From the NCBI GenBank assembly GCA_000165425.1, contig CT868672.1, positions 116,048-180,047 of the forward strand: a stretch of 64,000 bases of DNA, in the 5' to 3' direction. This document shows, in pieces, positions 12,520 to 26,144 of the stretch (position 1 is its first letter; each line of letters starts with the position of its first letter). Made by a program: the position numbers and the translations under genes. The stretch is from Paramecium tetraurelia. Lineage: Eukaryota. The notes beneath the pieces are model-generated. The model was given only the letters and a program-made list of their open reading frames with translations, was not told the DNA's origin and made no database searches.

Positions 12520-15145
12520 ATGAATTAATTTGAATAATGTGAAAGAAAAAAGTAATGTTCATTGGATTAAATGTTCAAGAAATATGAGGAAGCTACTTAA
12601 GTATGTTTATTTATTAATTGCGCAAGAGATATTAGAAAGGATTAGAGGAGAAAAAGTAGAGAGCAAAGTTAGAATCTGATAAAGCGAGGGAGGCATAATT
12701 TATTTAAAAGCTTGAGGCATAGAATAAAAAAATAGAGTTTGATGAAAAAATAATAGAATCTTAAGAAAGAAAGAAGGATTTAGAAAAACATATGTTAGAG
12801 AAGCAATAGTAAAAGAAATAAAAGGATGAGGAAGTAAGGAGAAAGAAGAAGGAAAATGAGGATGAAAAACTTTAAAAATTATTGAAGAAATAAGAAAAAA
12901 AAGATTTTTAAGTGAAGAAGGTGAAAAAAGATGTTTAAAAGATTAAAAGGAAAGATGAATTAAAAATTTTATTAGATCAATCTGTTTCTGATGATGCATC
13001 AATGGAATTAGAAGTAGAAAAAAAAAGATAATGCAAATCATTATCAGATTCATTATAGGCATTGGAGAGTGATCAAATCATATATTTTAAATTACAGAAA
13101 TAAAAAGAGGTTGAAATCAAGGAAAATAAGAAGAAGCAGAAATAATAAAAAATTATGCCATCAAAAACATTTAGAGAATAATCTGTACCCACCATTAAGA
13201 AATCTATAATATTTCCAATTTTAATTCGTACCAAATAAGAAGATAATTCATTAGTTTTACAATCAATTCTATAACAATAATAACCACAATCACCTACTTT
13301 CAAAAATGAAGAAAATTCAAGCACAAATGTTACTCCAAAAAAAGAGAAGGAAGAAGAACCTCAATTTTTCAAACTTTGTTAGATTTGCAATAGTATTATA
13401 GAAAATGAAGATGACAATAAACACATTTAATCTAAATCTCATAAATAAACAAAACAGTATTATAACTTATAAGCTACTTAAAATGACATCTTGGTTGTAA
13501 AAGGATCTAAGGATGAGATCTCATAGAATAGATTCTAGTCAATCAGAAAACGATGTCAAAAAATTAAACAAAAAATACAATAAAAGAGTCTATAATTAGA
13601 AAATATGAATATTTATTGTTATAAAGAACCAGGAAATAGTTATAACAGGTAGAGGATCTAGAAATTATCAAATGATCTTGATAAATTGTTGAACAATTAA
13701 ATTAAGGATTTGTATTAAATTGAATAGCAAATGAAGGAATTACTAAAATTGGTGAACCAGGAAACAGATTTAATTAACCTAAGATAAATGAAGTTCATAT
13801 AAATTGTTATCGAAGTTTTTAAAAAGATCTCTTCCTGTCACAAGAACGAATACACCTAATATCTTAAAATCATTGGAGTGGTAAATATTATTAATTATCA
13901 TTGAGGCAACTGAAATTGTTTACCAGTTTTGTAGTGTTTATAATAATAGAACCTATATGTTGGCAAGCAATAAATTATTGCCTATTATTGATTTTATGTA
14001 CAACTTTTTAGCTTCAAAGCCAACCAAATTTATATACAGTTATCAATTCGTTGCTTAATGTTTTTAAATATTTAGTTTACTTATCAAACATAAATTACCT
14101 ACTGATCCTCTTTCAGATTTGAATATTCAGGGAATTTAAGAAGATACCTTGGAATATATGTATTGTTGTGGATTATTCAATAAGATGAAATTAAGATTTC
14201 TATCATTTGAAAAAGATTACATCAATTCTGAAGGTAAAATCCCTGTTGCTCTTGTTAAGAGTGTTGCATTTATAGAGGCTGCCACTAATTACCATGGATT
14301 TGAGTACATTTATATAATAATCATAGGACACAAAATAAATCATTATTTGATGAAGAGGGAAAACGAATATCTAAAAGTTTTGAAGAGCATCTCAAGTTTG
14401 TGCTTAAAGAAACAGAACTATTTGGTTTAATCTAATTAATTAGTTAAATGGTTGTTGGTGAGGAAGTTTGTTTTACTACAAACAAGTTGCTTCCCTAAAC
14501 AATTATAAGTTTTTTCATGGTAGGAATTAAAACTTTGAACAATATTGCTAGATTAAATATTATAGTTTTGTAGGAAACTATGAATAAGCAATCTAATAAA
14601 TAAGAAGTTCATATGATAATATAAAGACTTGTAACATATTGTAAATGCAACCTCGAGTAAAGTTAAGATTTAAAAGATTTGCTCAATGAATTAATTCTTT
14701 TAATAGGATATTATTGTGTTCTAAACCCAAATAATCAAAATTCACTTGTAGGATCAATGAAAAAGATTTCCGTATTACATAATTTATTGCAAATGCCTTC
14801 TCAATTTTACGTTGATAAAATGTTAAAGAACATTTTGTTCCCTACTCTATTATGTTGTATGTTTAGAAATCCTAATAATATGAAAATTGTATTAGATGAA
14901 ATGGATAAATCCTATTTCTTAGAAATTTTGCAATACGATGTAAATTTAATGTATAAATTTAGTCCGAACAATTCTACGAAAACCACAATGGCTAATAGTT
15001 ATAAAGATCACCTTCTATGTCGAGTACAAATTCTCAGAATTCTGTGTTTCCATACAGTTCTGCTGTATACTTTAAACTTAGTTAACGATTTCCGATGTGT
15101 TATTTTAAGGAGGCTTATACAGAATTACTAGATTATAAGGATTGA
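12520..15145 (+). CDS. SCAPER: SCAPER-like protein (coiled-coil, C2H2/U1-type zinc finger, helical C-terminal domain)
   Basis: E/K coiled-coil, CQIC..H..SKSH finger, and the C-terminal LNELILLIGYYCVLNPNNQ...VLHNLLQMPSQFYVD..LKNILFPTL...EM and LSQRFP, which resemble the SCAPER C-terminus. Confidence 0.75.
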
Positions 15146-15181
15146 ATTATATTATTTAAATTTAAAAGTTATTATAATACT

Positions 15182-16483
15182 TCAAATATCTTTACCATTA
15201 ATCTAATTAACTTCTAATTCTTCATTTTTGCCAAAAAGAAAGTCATGAGAAGCTCTAAAAACATCATAGGTATTTTGAATGTCAATTCCAAGAGAATTAC
15301 ATTGATTTCGTTCAGTCATAAATTAATATAAATCTAAAGAGTCATCCTCTTCTATATCATGCCCAAAGAATTTCTCGAATGATTCTTTAAAGTTATGTTG
15401 CATGTCCTTCTTTTCAATCGCTAAGAGTAACTTTGCCACTTAGGATGGTCTTAATTCATTTCTCAATTAATCAAGAGTTGAATCAAATGAAGCAAGTTCT
15501 TTTTAGATCTAAGATTTTGTATCCATTATTTAAGTAACAGCACTAACATATGATATTTGCATATACTTTGAGATATCCTGATAATGCTTAGATAATTTTT
15601 ATTATTTTTTCAAAAGTATTTATTTCTATTTATCTGCCAATTTCAATTAAGTTAACAAATTAAGATTCATATTTCTATTATAATAGTATGCATTACTATT
15701 CATTTTAAGCGAAGATATCATCTTGTTTCTTAGCTATTTAAATGATATAATTGCAAAAAGGAGCCAAACAATTTTCGTTTATCTATCTTGCATAGTGATC
15801 AATTAAGAATTGTCTTTCTTGAGATGCTGAACCAAATTTTTTCTAAATTAAGGAATAACTTACATTTAAAGAGTCTATTATTGAATCAACATTTGCTTCC
15901 GATGCATTATTTTACAATGACGTTTGTAGATTGTTGAACAAAATACACTTTGTTTAATCTTGTTCTTTTTTCTAGTTGTGTATTGTAATTACTTACTTGT
16001 GTTAATTTAATTTACAAATTTTATGCCAAACTATAGGTTTTATCATTAACATCTTTAAATAAATCCAATTATTCAGATAACTTAGTCACTTTGTTTTCAA
16101 GTAATTCAAGATATATTTTCTTTCTTTTTCTGCTATTTCTAGCTGATTCTCTATTCTTTGCTAATTTGTCTTCCTTTTCTGTTTGTGAAATATAATTAAA
16201 TTACTATTGACTTTAAAATGGTTTCGTTAATAATTTTTTTTCTGGCCTTTGTATTTAATCAAACTATTTACATTGATTTCTCTTCAATTTTTTCTTGTGT
16301 GGGAGATAATTTCATAAGTGAACTAATTTTTTTGATATAGGTATTTTTTGTATTTTCCTTCATCTTTCGATTGTGATTAGTAGAGGCCTGCATATTCTTC
16401 ATATTGCCATCAAAGTCGAAATTGGCGTTTTGACTAGAAGATTATTAGAATCCAATCTAATCAAAGTCATCTAATTGATTCAT
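15182..16483 (-). CDS. Uncharacterised coiled-coil protein (start may be an in-frame ATG at 16591)
   Basis: Open ciliate-code frame from MNQLDDFDQIGFQQ to ...NGKDI-TGA. The frame stays open 36 codons upstream to an ATG at 16589-16591. Confidence 0.6.
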
Positions 16484-16587
16484 TTGTTATTAATATTATA
16501 GATTATTATATGCTGTAATAAATCCTAATGAAGTTAAATCATCTGATAATAAATTAAATTATTATAATTTTTCATTTACATAATTAT

Positions 16588-18191
16588 TCATTATAAAACT
16601 CTTGCTAAGAGACCATTCTGCTACGTGATCGTTATGTATTTGTACCAACATCTCTCCAGATTCATTAATTCAAAACTAAAGCTGATATAATGTCAATTAC
16701 TAAGTTTTATTTGTAACAATTCCATAAAACAATACAACTATATATACACATTGATGGATAACCAAGAGAGCTATAAAAAATGCAATCACAAAGGTAAAGT
16801 TGAGTTCTATTTCATCCAATTCAAAATTAATCCCTTATGCATAGAAATCTTATAACTATTATAATCATCACAACTTACACAAATAGATCATAAATCCTAA
16901 AAACTAAGTTATTATTAGTGTAAAGTAAAATAAATAAATTCCATCATCTTATATACATTTCTTATAAAAAGATGAATGCATCTGGAAATTTGGATGACAA
17001 CATTTGCAGTGATCACAATGTTCAGTCCTTGGCAATTTTACTATCATGCAATCTAAACATAATTAATCAGGTTCAAATTGGATCTGCGTGCCTTAGTCTA
17101 TTGATTAGATTATGTGTCTAATGAATGGTTTCTCAAGTATAACTTAATAATTACTTCGATTTCAACTATGGTATCACAAATTAAACTCATTGATTGATTA
17201 TTGTTTTATTCATCTTATATGAATGGAACGATCGTTTAATCAATTTCTAAACATCCCTATACATCTCCAAATCCTTCATTTGACATATTAAAACTTGACA
17301 CATTATTTCTATTATTTGTATAAAATGCATCTTTAGCAATAGAAGCATTCTCTATAATATAAAATAGAATAAAGTTAAAGAATACATTATACAACTATAA
17401 AAATAGTGATCCATGCTTCAAAATAGGTTCTTTAAATTCAGTAAATTTAGATAAGATGAATAAATTTAAAGCTGTTATTGCAATGAAACATATGTGTTAT
17501 TGATAGTGTATTTTAAGGTATGTTAAATATTTACTACGGCCATTATTTTTCTTTAGTAAACCTTTAAGATAATTTGAACACTCATAAGAGAGCTATTCTT
17601 AGGCTCTAGTTAATGGGGTTTTTTATTTCTTATCCATCTCAAATACATTAAATTTAAACAGATTTTTCAATATCTTCAGCATAAATAAATTGTTATTGTA
17701 GGCTGACCAATGTGCTAAGCTGCATCCATTAAGATCTTTTACTAGTACTTCTGCTCCTCTATTATAAAATAATGTTTTTACTTGTATATCAAATATATAG
17801 CAATGTAGGTTTAATTGCTTTTAATGGCAAATAGTAAAGGCGTAAAATTGTTTTGATCTTTGCTATTGATATTTACGCCTAATTTCATTAGATGTTTAAT
17901 TATTGACAATTATCCAAAATAGCATGCAATTAGAAAAGGAGTTTATTGTATGGGGTTTGGTTAATCGAGTATTTACAGAGGGTTTTAACTGTAATTTTAT
18001 ATTAGGTTAATGACATAATGAGCTACCTCAACTTGCTTTTCAATTAATAAATTATGCAGCAAAGGTTATTGATTTTAGTATTAAAAAAGATGATAGAACT
18101 TGATATCCTTGGCTAGTAGCAAACAAATCAATTGGTATTATTTTCTCTTTGTTATTTCTTCAAATTATATGTCTTCATCAACTTAATTCAT
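16588..18191 (-). CDS. Ankyrin-repeat DHHC (Akr1/ZDHHC17-like) palmitoyltransferase homolog with DHHC replaced by QMHS
   Basis: ANK repeats (QTPFLIACYFGQ..LMKLGVNINSKD..FTPLLFA), TM helices, Cys-rich domain CLDCMIVKLPRTEHCDHCKCCHPNFQMHS, and TTxE-like NKTYFE. Confidence 0.8.
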
Positions 18192-19198
18192 ATTATTATA
18201 AATTGTATTATAATTCAAGATGAGGAAGAATAATATAATAAAAAACTGTAGCATTGCTATAGTAAAAAAAAAACATCCAGAGAAGAATAATGGAAGACAA
18301 AGTATTAGCGTGTCCATTATCTCATACTAAACATAAAAATGAGTTAGAAATTTTAAGTTTAAACTTATTGACAGAGGTAACCAGGGGAAACGTTGCTTGT
18401 ACAAGGAATTTGTTGAGCAATCTATAAAAATGAAAAATCGAATTTCTGAATTCTTAATAGTCAATAAATTTACAAACTCTAAAATTCTTAGTTGACTATA
18501 GGATAAAAAGTTGTCTATTTGATAATGAATATCTATATTATTTCATTTTGAACCCGGTTTAGGTCCATGCAATAATGATTTATATTTAGTTCTTTCCTTT
18601 TTCGATAAAGATCTGTTTTGAATTCCAGGCTTTGAGTGTCCAAAAAGATTAATAACAGTAATGTTCGTTTGATTTATGAATTATTTGTTTTAAGTGAAGG
18701 AGAGTTAATCCTTTATTTTTGGAATTATGGTTTGATTATATCTTGCATAATCAACCACCTTAATAAATCCTCGAGTAAACTCAAACTCGAATGACATATA
18801 TAAGTATTAAATTTTTTCAAAATTGATCACTTTTATGCTATCAATTAATTATTACGTATGGTTTTAATTATAGTTCATATGATGATGAATTAAACGAGAA
18901 ATACTTATGTATATATATAAGTTTATTTAGCATTGTGAGAAAATCTATTCAATTGAGTAAATTCAATCTAAGAGAATGATTGACCTTTAAATATGAGAGT
19001 TCTTTAATTATTGAATTTGTTTAAAAAATATTCATTAAATTGTTGAAAATTGTGAAGAAAATAAAAAATAATAAAAATCTCATTCTCTAAATTCCCTCTT
19101 GAAAATTGTAATTTACAGCAGAACGAACTTTCATTTGCCGAAGATCATTAAAGAATTCATAAAATTTAAATAAGTAATTAATACAAATAAAATTGGAG

Positions 19199-21333
19199 AT
19201 GAGCCTAAAAATGCCCTCAATTCTTAAATTCCCAACTGAACCAAATAGACAAATAAGTTATTCAACAAAGGATTTAGACAGTACAAAACATTATGATCAA
19301 ATATAACTACAAAACTCAAAATCATATTTGATTGGAAGCCATTATTTTCAACCAACTCTCAAAGTAATAAATGGTTAAAAACCGCAATTGTTTATTAACT
19401 AAAAATCAAATCTTTAAAATCAAAGCTTTCTAGACCTCTCTAATGTGGAGTCGTTAGGAAGTCCATTCTCAAAAAGAGAAGATAAAATCGATGATGGTTT
19501 TACGAATTTTAGAGGTAGAGAAAAATCCCTAAAACCTCAATTATCGCCATATCTCACTAATTAATAATCTTTTTCAACTATCAATAACCTACAAAGTTAA
19601 AGAAAAATTTTAGAAAATGCACTAGATGATAGTAGATTTCAGGTTTGTAAATAAAAAAAAATCGATTAATCTCCTCAGTTCTAAATTGCTAAAAATGGGT
19701 ATTTCCATAATTTTCAGCAAATCAAAAATCTCAAGCATTTAATCCCATTTTAAATAGAGAAATCTGTAAAGGAGAAGCCTATCTAAAAATAGAAAGAACA
19801 AGTTTTTTCTTCGAGATCACCTGAGAAAAGCCTAACTTATCCTTTAAAAAAACCGCTTGTTAGATCTAAGGAAACACAAGAAAAAATAAAGAATAAATTA
19901 TAAAGAAAAAAATCGATACATCTCCCGCAAATTTCAAATAATGAAGATACAATAAATAGAAAACTCAAGTGTTTTTTGAGAACCCTTTTTGAAAATTAAT
20001 GCATGCATATGATATATGTTAGACCTTCAGCAATTAGGATCCAAAGATATCTTATAAAAGATGCTAAACATGAGGAGCTAGTGAAAAGATGCTTTAGTTA
20101 TAGATGGTGGTGGTAAGAGTCTAACAATTAAGATGAAGATATTGAATTCTTTTGGTATTCACAAGCCTCCCTATCTTTTTTAAGTAAGTAAGGATAACGA
20201 CATATAAGTGATAAAATAGAATTTCAACCTTTTGAATAGGTTTTAAAGAAATCTCAAGGAGTTGAGGATTAAATGAGATATGCAATTGAAAATAAACTGA
20301 ATTTTTTGTCACCCTAAATTAAGGTGCATAATCATATAGATCTTTCATAGCCTTTATGGACTAAAAAAAATTTGATTTGTTCGATAATTAAATATTGTTA
20401 ATTGACAAGGTAATATGTAGAAAACTTTGTTCCTCTTTCTATGGTTGTAGATTATCTAGGTGAGAATCTACTTTATGCATTCCTGAAGAATTTCAAAACA
20501 TCAACTAATGTTTGGCTTTTGAGAAAGAGTGATTTATAAGAGGAGGATAAAATTATTGTATGTCAAAATACCTAAAGTGTTTTTAATTATCTTAATGAAC
20601 AATTCAAGATGCCAAATAGAAATTAGTAGAGTTTTATAGTTTAATAATATATTCATCCAATAGAATTTGAAGAAATCGAATTAGACTTATGTTATTACTT
20701 ATTGATTACTCAAATAAATGGAATTGTAAGGGGATATTTATTCTAATAATTTTATGGATAGAAATCATCAATAACAATATCTGAATTTGAAGATGGATCC
20801 TCTATTTACTTTATCGAAAATTCAAACTCAAAAATAAACAATTAGTATATTTCGATGAAGAATATTTTGGACCATCTTTATCTGTATAATTTTGATTATG
20901 AATCTACGATTTACCCAATAATAAAATAAATATTAGGAGAATATCTGAAGTCTATATTTATTTAGATGCCAGTAAAGGATCACAATTTCGAGGTATTAAA
21001 AATCTGATTAAATAGTTGATTAAAGTAGTTATGTTAATTGATAACAAAGGTAAACCCTGTTTAATCAGTACTAAGCCAAATCCCATATTAGAATAAGATG
21101 TGGAATTTATGAAAGATTTCACGTCGTAGCTGATTGACAATGTCTTTCAACTTGGATTAGATCTATTGTTTCCTCCTCCTTCTATATGGCCAAAAGAGAA
21201 AAAGAGATTGATAGAGAATTATTGGGAAACTAATGACTTTGAATTAGTTTTCGATTCGAGGATAGATGGATAAGGACTAAAATCATTATCCGAAGAAATA
21301 CTATATGAGAATTATAATGATGATGAATTGTGA
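19199..21333 (+). CDS. Tubulin-tyrosine-ligase-like (TTLL, glycylase-like) protein with a degenerate catalytic core
   Basis: Low-complexity N-terminus, then RWWW..IEFFW, FVPLS, NVWLL, IVQQYIHP, ELDLC, FE|LIKVVMLIDNKGKPCLISTKPNP and LLFPPP, following TTLL motif order. Confidence 0.75.
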
Positions 21334-21485
21334 CTGTTATTTACTTTAAAATATTATGAATTATTTGCAAGAATTATCAAACAATGATGGAAGTGTTGGA
21401 ATAAAATTGAAAATGAGCTGAGTGATAAACATTGATAATTAAGTATATCATTCTGCTTTCTAGTTCATAGATTCTTATTGTACAC

Positions 21486-22000
21486 TCAATCTTTAAGTTA
21501 AACCCGAAAAATTTAGGATTGGATTTCTATTTAAATCTCAATAAGTACCCCTTTTAATCTTTAATTTATTGATTTTCCATCATTCCTTATACTAGATCTC
21601 TTTTACAAACATCTATAAAAAAATTCATTACACTTTCTCTTGTATTGATATCATCATCATTATCGTAAGCTTCTTATAGGAGATTCTAATATTCCGATTT
21701 GATGCCAAGCTAATGATCTGTATATAGGGGGAATTTGAACTTGATTTTGGAATCAGTCTGCGACTCCAATTCAACGTATTTTTAAGTTGGCTTTTTCTTT
21801 TAAGAGACTGTTGATTGTTAAAGGGATAACGAGTATTATTCCCAGCTTATTTTCTATGGTGGAATATTCTCCTTGCCGAAATCAATCTTGAATATTGGCA
21901 TCTGAGAACAGCTGGGAGGTTTTGGAAACGGATGAAGAAAAATAGATGTGGGACGCCTTTCTGCTGAGAATGATTAAGATTTTGGAGGTGAGTAATTCAT
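21486..22000 (-). CDS. Small uncharacterised protein
   Basis: Open frame MNYSPPKSQSFSAERRPTS...QLKD-TGA. Confidence 0.55.
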
Positions 22001-22081
22001 TTCTGAGAATAATTTGGCGCACTATTAATTTAAATTTAAAATTATATTGGAAATCTATTTATATAATTTCTAATCAAGAAA

Positions 22082-22651
22082 ATGTAAATTGAATAATTGG
22101 AAGAGGAAGAGCATTCGATTCAAGCTCTGAGAGCTAAATATTAGGCTATGATATCAGTCTAGATATTGGATGTTGTTATTAGATGTTTGATTGGAAGCAT
22201 GTGGGCCTTGATTACCTATTCTTCTATTTTAGCATTCATTAAATTGTTCAGAATTGTGTCCAATCAATACAAATACAACTATTATAGGGATAAGTGGGAG
22301 AAGGAAGTGACTTAGTACGAAGACGAAGATTGCATAAATCAAACCAATGAGAAATACAAAAAAATAATAATCCAATATCACGATCGTTTGGAGAAATACG
22401 ATAAAAAAATACAATAAGGCTTATACAGATACACATTCTTGATTATTCTTGTATTTGGATTGAATATAGCATGGTGGTATTTCGATTACATGAGATCATG
22501 TATGGGTTATGGGTTCGTGGTCTTTATAATATATCAAACCTATTGTTTTTTGGATAGAAAATACATACAGCCGTATTTCGAAAGACGTGCATAAGAAAAA
22601 GAGAAAAAGAGATTGGATGCAGAAATTGCAAAAAATAAGAAATAAAACTGA
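22082..22651 (+). CDS. Small membrane protein
   Basis: Intronless ciliate-code frame MQIEQLEEEEH... with hydrophobic segments. TGA at 22649-22651. Confidence 0.6.
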
Positions 22652-22997
22652 ATATTGTATATTTAATTAATTGTATTTTTATGAATGATTTTATTTATCT
22701 TTCTATTAGAGATTAATCAATATATACAATATAATTGGATGATAACTTCTAAAAACCGTTGATTAAAATTTCTGGAATATTCAATAAAACATAAATAGTG
22801 ATTTGAATATTCCTCATAAATTGTAAGATGGATAATTTTCGAAATAGAATCTCTTGCTATGAAATTATGATAAATTCTAAAAATAGAAAAACTATAAATA
22901 TTAAAATTGATTATTTATTCTTAATAAAATAATATTCTTGGTTTTTATATAAATATTATTTCTTATTACAAAGTGTAAATGATATAAATTTAATCTA

Positions 22998-25900
22998 TCA
23001 TGTAATATTTATTTTGCTCAACTCCATAATTGAATTTCTCTTTATCTCTGAATATCTTTCGTGAATTTCCTAATCTCTTTGACTATCTAATTTAAGTTCC
23101 TTCATTCGCTTCATCTGGAGCACTTCTATAGGTTCATCAAATGTAAAGCATGTTGCATTTTATACAGTAGTTAAAAGTCCTTCACTTGGAGGAATATAGC
23201 TTGAAAAATAGACTGAAGATTTCTTACTCATATTTATAATATGTGTTCGCCTTAGAATCTTGTACCTCTCCAGAAAACAAGAAGCCTCCATGAGTAAATT
23301 CAGTTTGAGATAGTGCTGAGAGTTTGTTTAGCTTACATTTATTTCTTAAGAACTCATTCAATCTCTTTAAATCCATCTAAGCAAGTGGGCCGACTTTACT
23401 CTCATACCATTTTCTAATGTATTCTAATAAGGATATGAAAATGCTAAATACCAAGAGAATGTAGATAAACCTTGAATTCAAATTCTTTATTTCTGATCAT
23501 AACTTCTTTGATTACTTTGGTAGGCAAGGAGTACAATTAAGATTCCACAGCTGCTTTAGCCGTGCTCATATGCACACCATCCACAATAAGACTTTAGTGG
23601 GTAATTAAGGATCCCAATCCTTTAGTAATGAGAATTCCGTTAAAATCATTGACAACGTATCCTCTCATGATAATGTATACTTCATTGCATTCATCCCCTT
23701 TTGCATAGATGACTTATCCTAATGCATATTTCTTTTCTATAGCAACATTTTTGATAATATCCAAATCAGTAAGAGAGATCTCTTAAAAGATTGGAAACTG
23801 CATTGCAACAACATGAAAAGAGGGAAGACTCATATCATATGAATGACTTTCTAATTTGACAAGCTTGTTGTTAATATCTTTCAATAGGATTTTATATTCT
23901 TTATCATCAATGAGACCTCGACGTTGCGTAGATTGAAGATGTTCAATGGAATGAGTCAAAATAGAGAAGGAAGCCTTTTTGGTTTGAAGGACTCTGACTA
24001 TTTCAGGGAAACTTCCATTTAAAGTACCAAAGTAGGTCTATGCCTTTTCAATATCTTTTTTTAATTCTTCTTAAATAATAGATATAGCTTCTTTATTCAT
24101 AGGGAAATTGTCTGCCAACTTTAATGCCTCTTCTGCACATATAATGAATGAGGATGTCACATCATAAACTAAACCGAGATGTTTGATCAAGTATTCCCTT
24201 GCAAAGAATCCAATGAGAAACTTCTGCTTCACTTTAAAAAAGAAATTGACACTACAAAGATTCATAAAATTCTTGTATAATTCATCCCAAATCTCAAGAT
24301 TATAATTTAATTTATCTAATCCAACATCACTGGATTCTACCAACATTCTTACCGTTTATTCTTCTACAAGACCCTCTTCGTATTTATGGTAATACAATCC
24401 CTTAAGAATTCTGTAGACTCTATATCTGACTTCTCCAAAAACATCCTGATTTGGCAATCCTTCATAAATCATTTCTTAAAACCCCTTCTTTTAAATGATA
24501 TTTTTAATATCTTCTTCCACTTTATCAATTTTTTCAATAAAATCCTATTGCCCAATCAGATTACCCACAGTCATCCAATCAGTCATGTTATAGAAATCAT
24601 CAGTCTCTAATTCCTTGACTAATTCCTATTGAATAACAATCAACTCCTCCAAATATTTCTTATACACCTTCTTTTTAACAATTGGTTCATCTATCATCTT
24701 AACACATTTGACTAAGGTCTTGCAAGTAGTTCCATTAACCATGTTAGTGATTAAGGCCATGGCAGCAGCATAGAAAACAGCTAAATGTCTAAAACGAGCA
24801 GGGAGATCCTCATCACAACCTACCATTAAAGAGAGTGTTAGTCCCAATCCTCCTCTTAATCCTCCATAAACCAACACAATCAATTCAGACTTTGATATTG
24901 GGTATCCAAAACCTTAAAATCATAATCAATATTACATTTTAGAAATGGATAGAATGTCAGAACCATTAAAAATCGAGCCAAAATCATTAAGAAATAGAAT
25001 CCAATCATTTTATAATAGTCTGAACTCACTATTAATTTCTCCTCCATTATTTCATTACCAACAATGATACCAACCAATAAGAATACCAGAGTGTCACAAC
25101 TATATTAGACAAATCCCCAAACTGCATGGACTGAATGCTCAACTGATGCCCTTATCCTTGTTCTTCCATAAGCACACCAAAACAAACCTAAACCTACTAC
25201 AGCCAAAAGTCCACTTGTTTTAAAAAATTCAAATTCTGCCCAATAAAATGTAAAATATGTAAATACGAATGTCAACCAAGTTACTTCGATATCATCTCCT
25301 AATATTCTTTTAGTCCACAAAGCAACCAACACACCCAAAATTAGACCCATCACTGGTCCCAGAAGCGAAGTCCTTATGAAACTTAACACTATATCGCCTC
25401 CATTAACTGGCTCTCCTTTTCCACTAGAAGCTTTTGAAATATTGTTAAAAACATTAAAGAAAACCATTGCAACTCCATCATTGAGTAATGCCTCCCTGAA
25501 ATATAACATCTAATTCGTACCCTTCAATCAAGTGATTAAAAGCTGGATTTGCTCCCAATTCTTTCAAGAGTGCAACTACTGCCACAGGATCGGTAGCTGA
25601 TAACACTGATCCCAAAGTAAAGGCTTCATACCAGTTCATATCATCATCGCTATATTACAGAATGATCTTAAAGCATGCTCCCAACAATATAGCTCCCTTT
25701 TATATAAATTATATAAAATTACCCATCCACACCCAGGCCCTGCCAAAAGCAAGATATTAATAATTTAGTACTTGAAAGTGTACCAGTCACAGTTAAAGGC
25801 TGACTCGAACAGGAGAACTGGAATGAAAATGAAGACGATCAAATGAGGATGCATTTTAGATAAAATGTAAGCACTATTCCCTATTTTCCCAAGATATTTC

Positions 25901-26144
25901 TACGAAAGACCAATAGCCAAACCAAGAGCAAGAATCATAGGAGAGTAAGGGATGCTAATTATATTGAACTCTCCTACTTGGTCTTCTTATTTAATTCCCT
26001 CAAGATTAGTCCACAAATAAGGCCTAAAACAAGGAAATGTATAAGTTGTGCAGATTCTTCCATCTTATGCTCATCTCTCCATAAGGAGTCTTTTTGTATT
26101 GAATCAAAATTTTCATTTTCGCCACCCAATTCATCAGACGACAT
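22998..26144 (-). CDS. CPA1 Na+/H+ antiporter with a C-terminal cyclic-nucleotide-binding-like domain (SOS1/SLC9C type)
   Basis: IFIPVLLFESA, GSVLSATDPVAVVALLK, EG|EALLNDG, SGLLAVV and YGGLRGGLGL. CNBD-like YALGQVIYAKGDECNEVYIIMRG. Confidence 0.92.
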
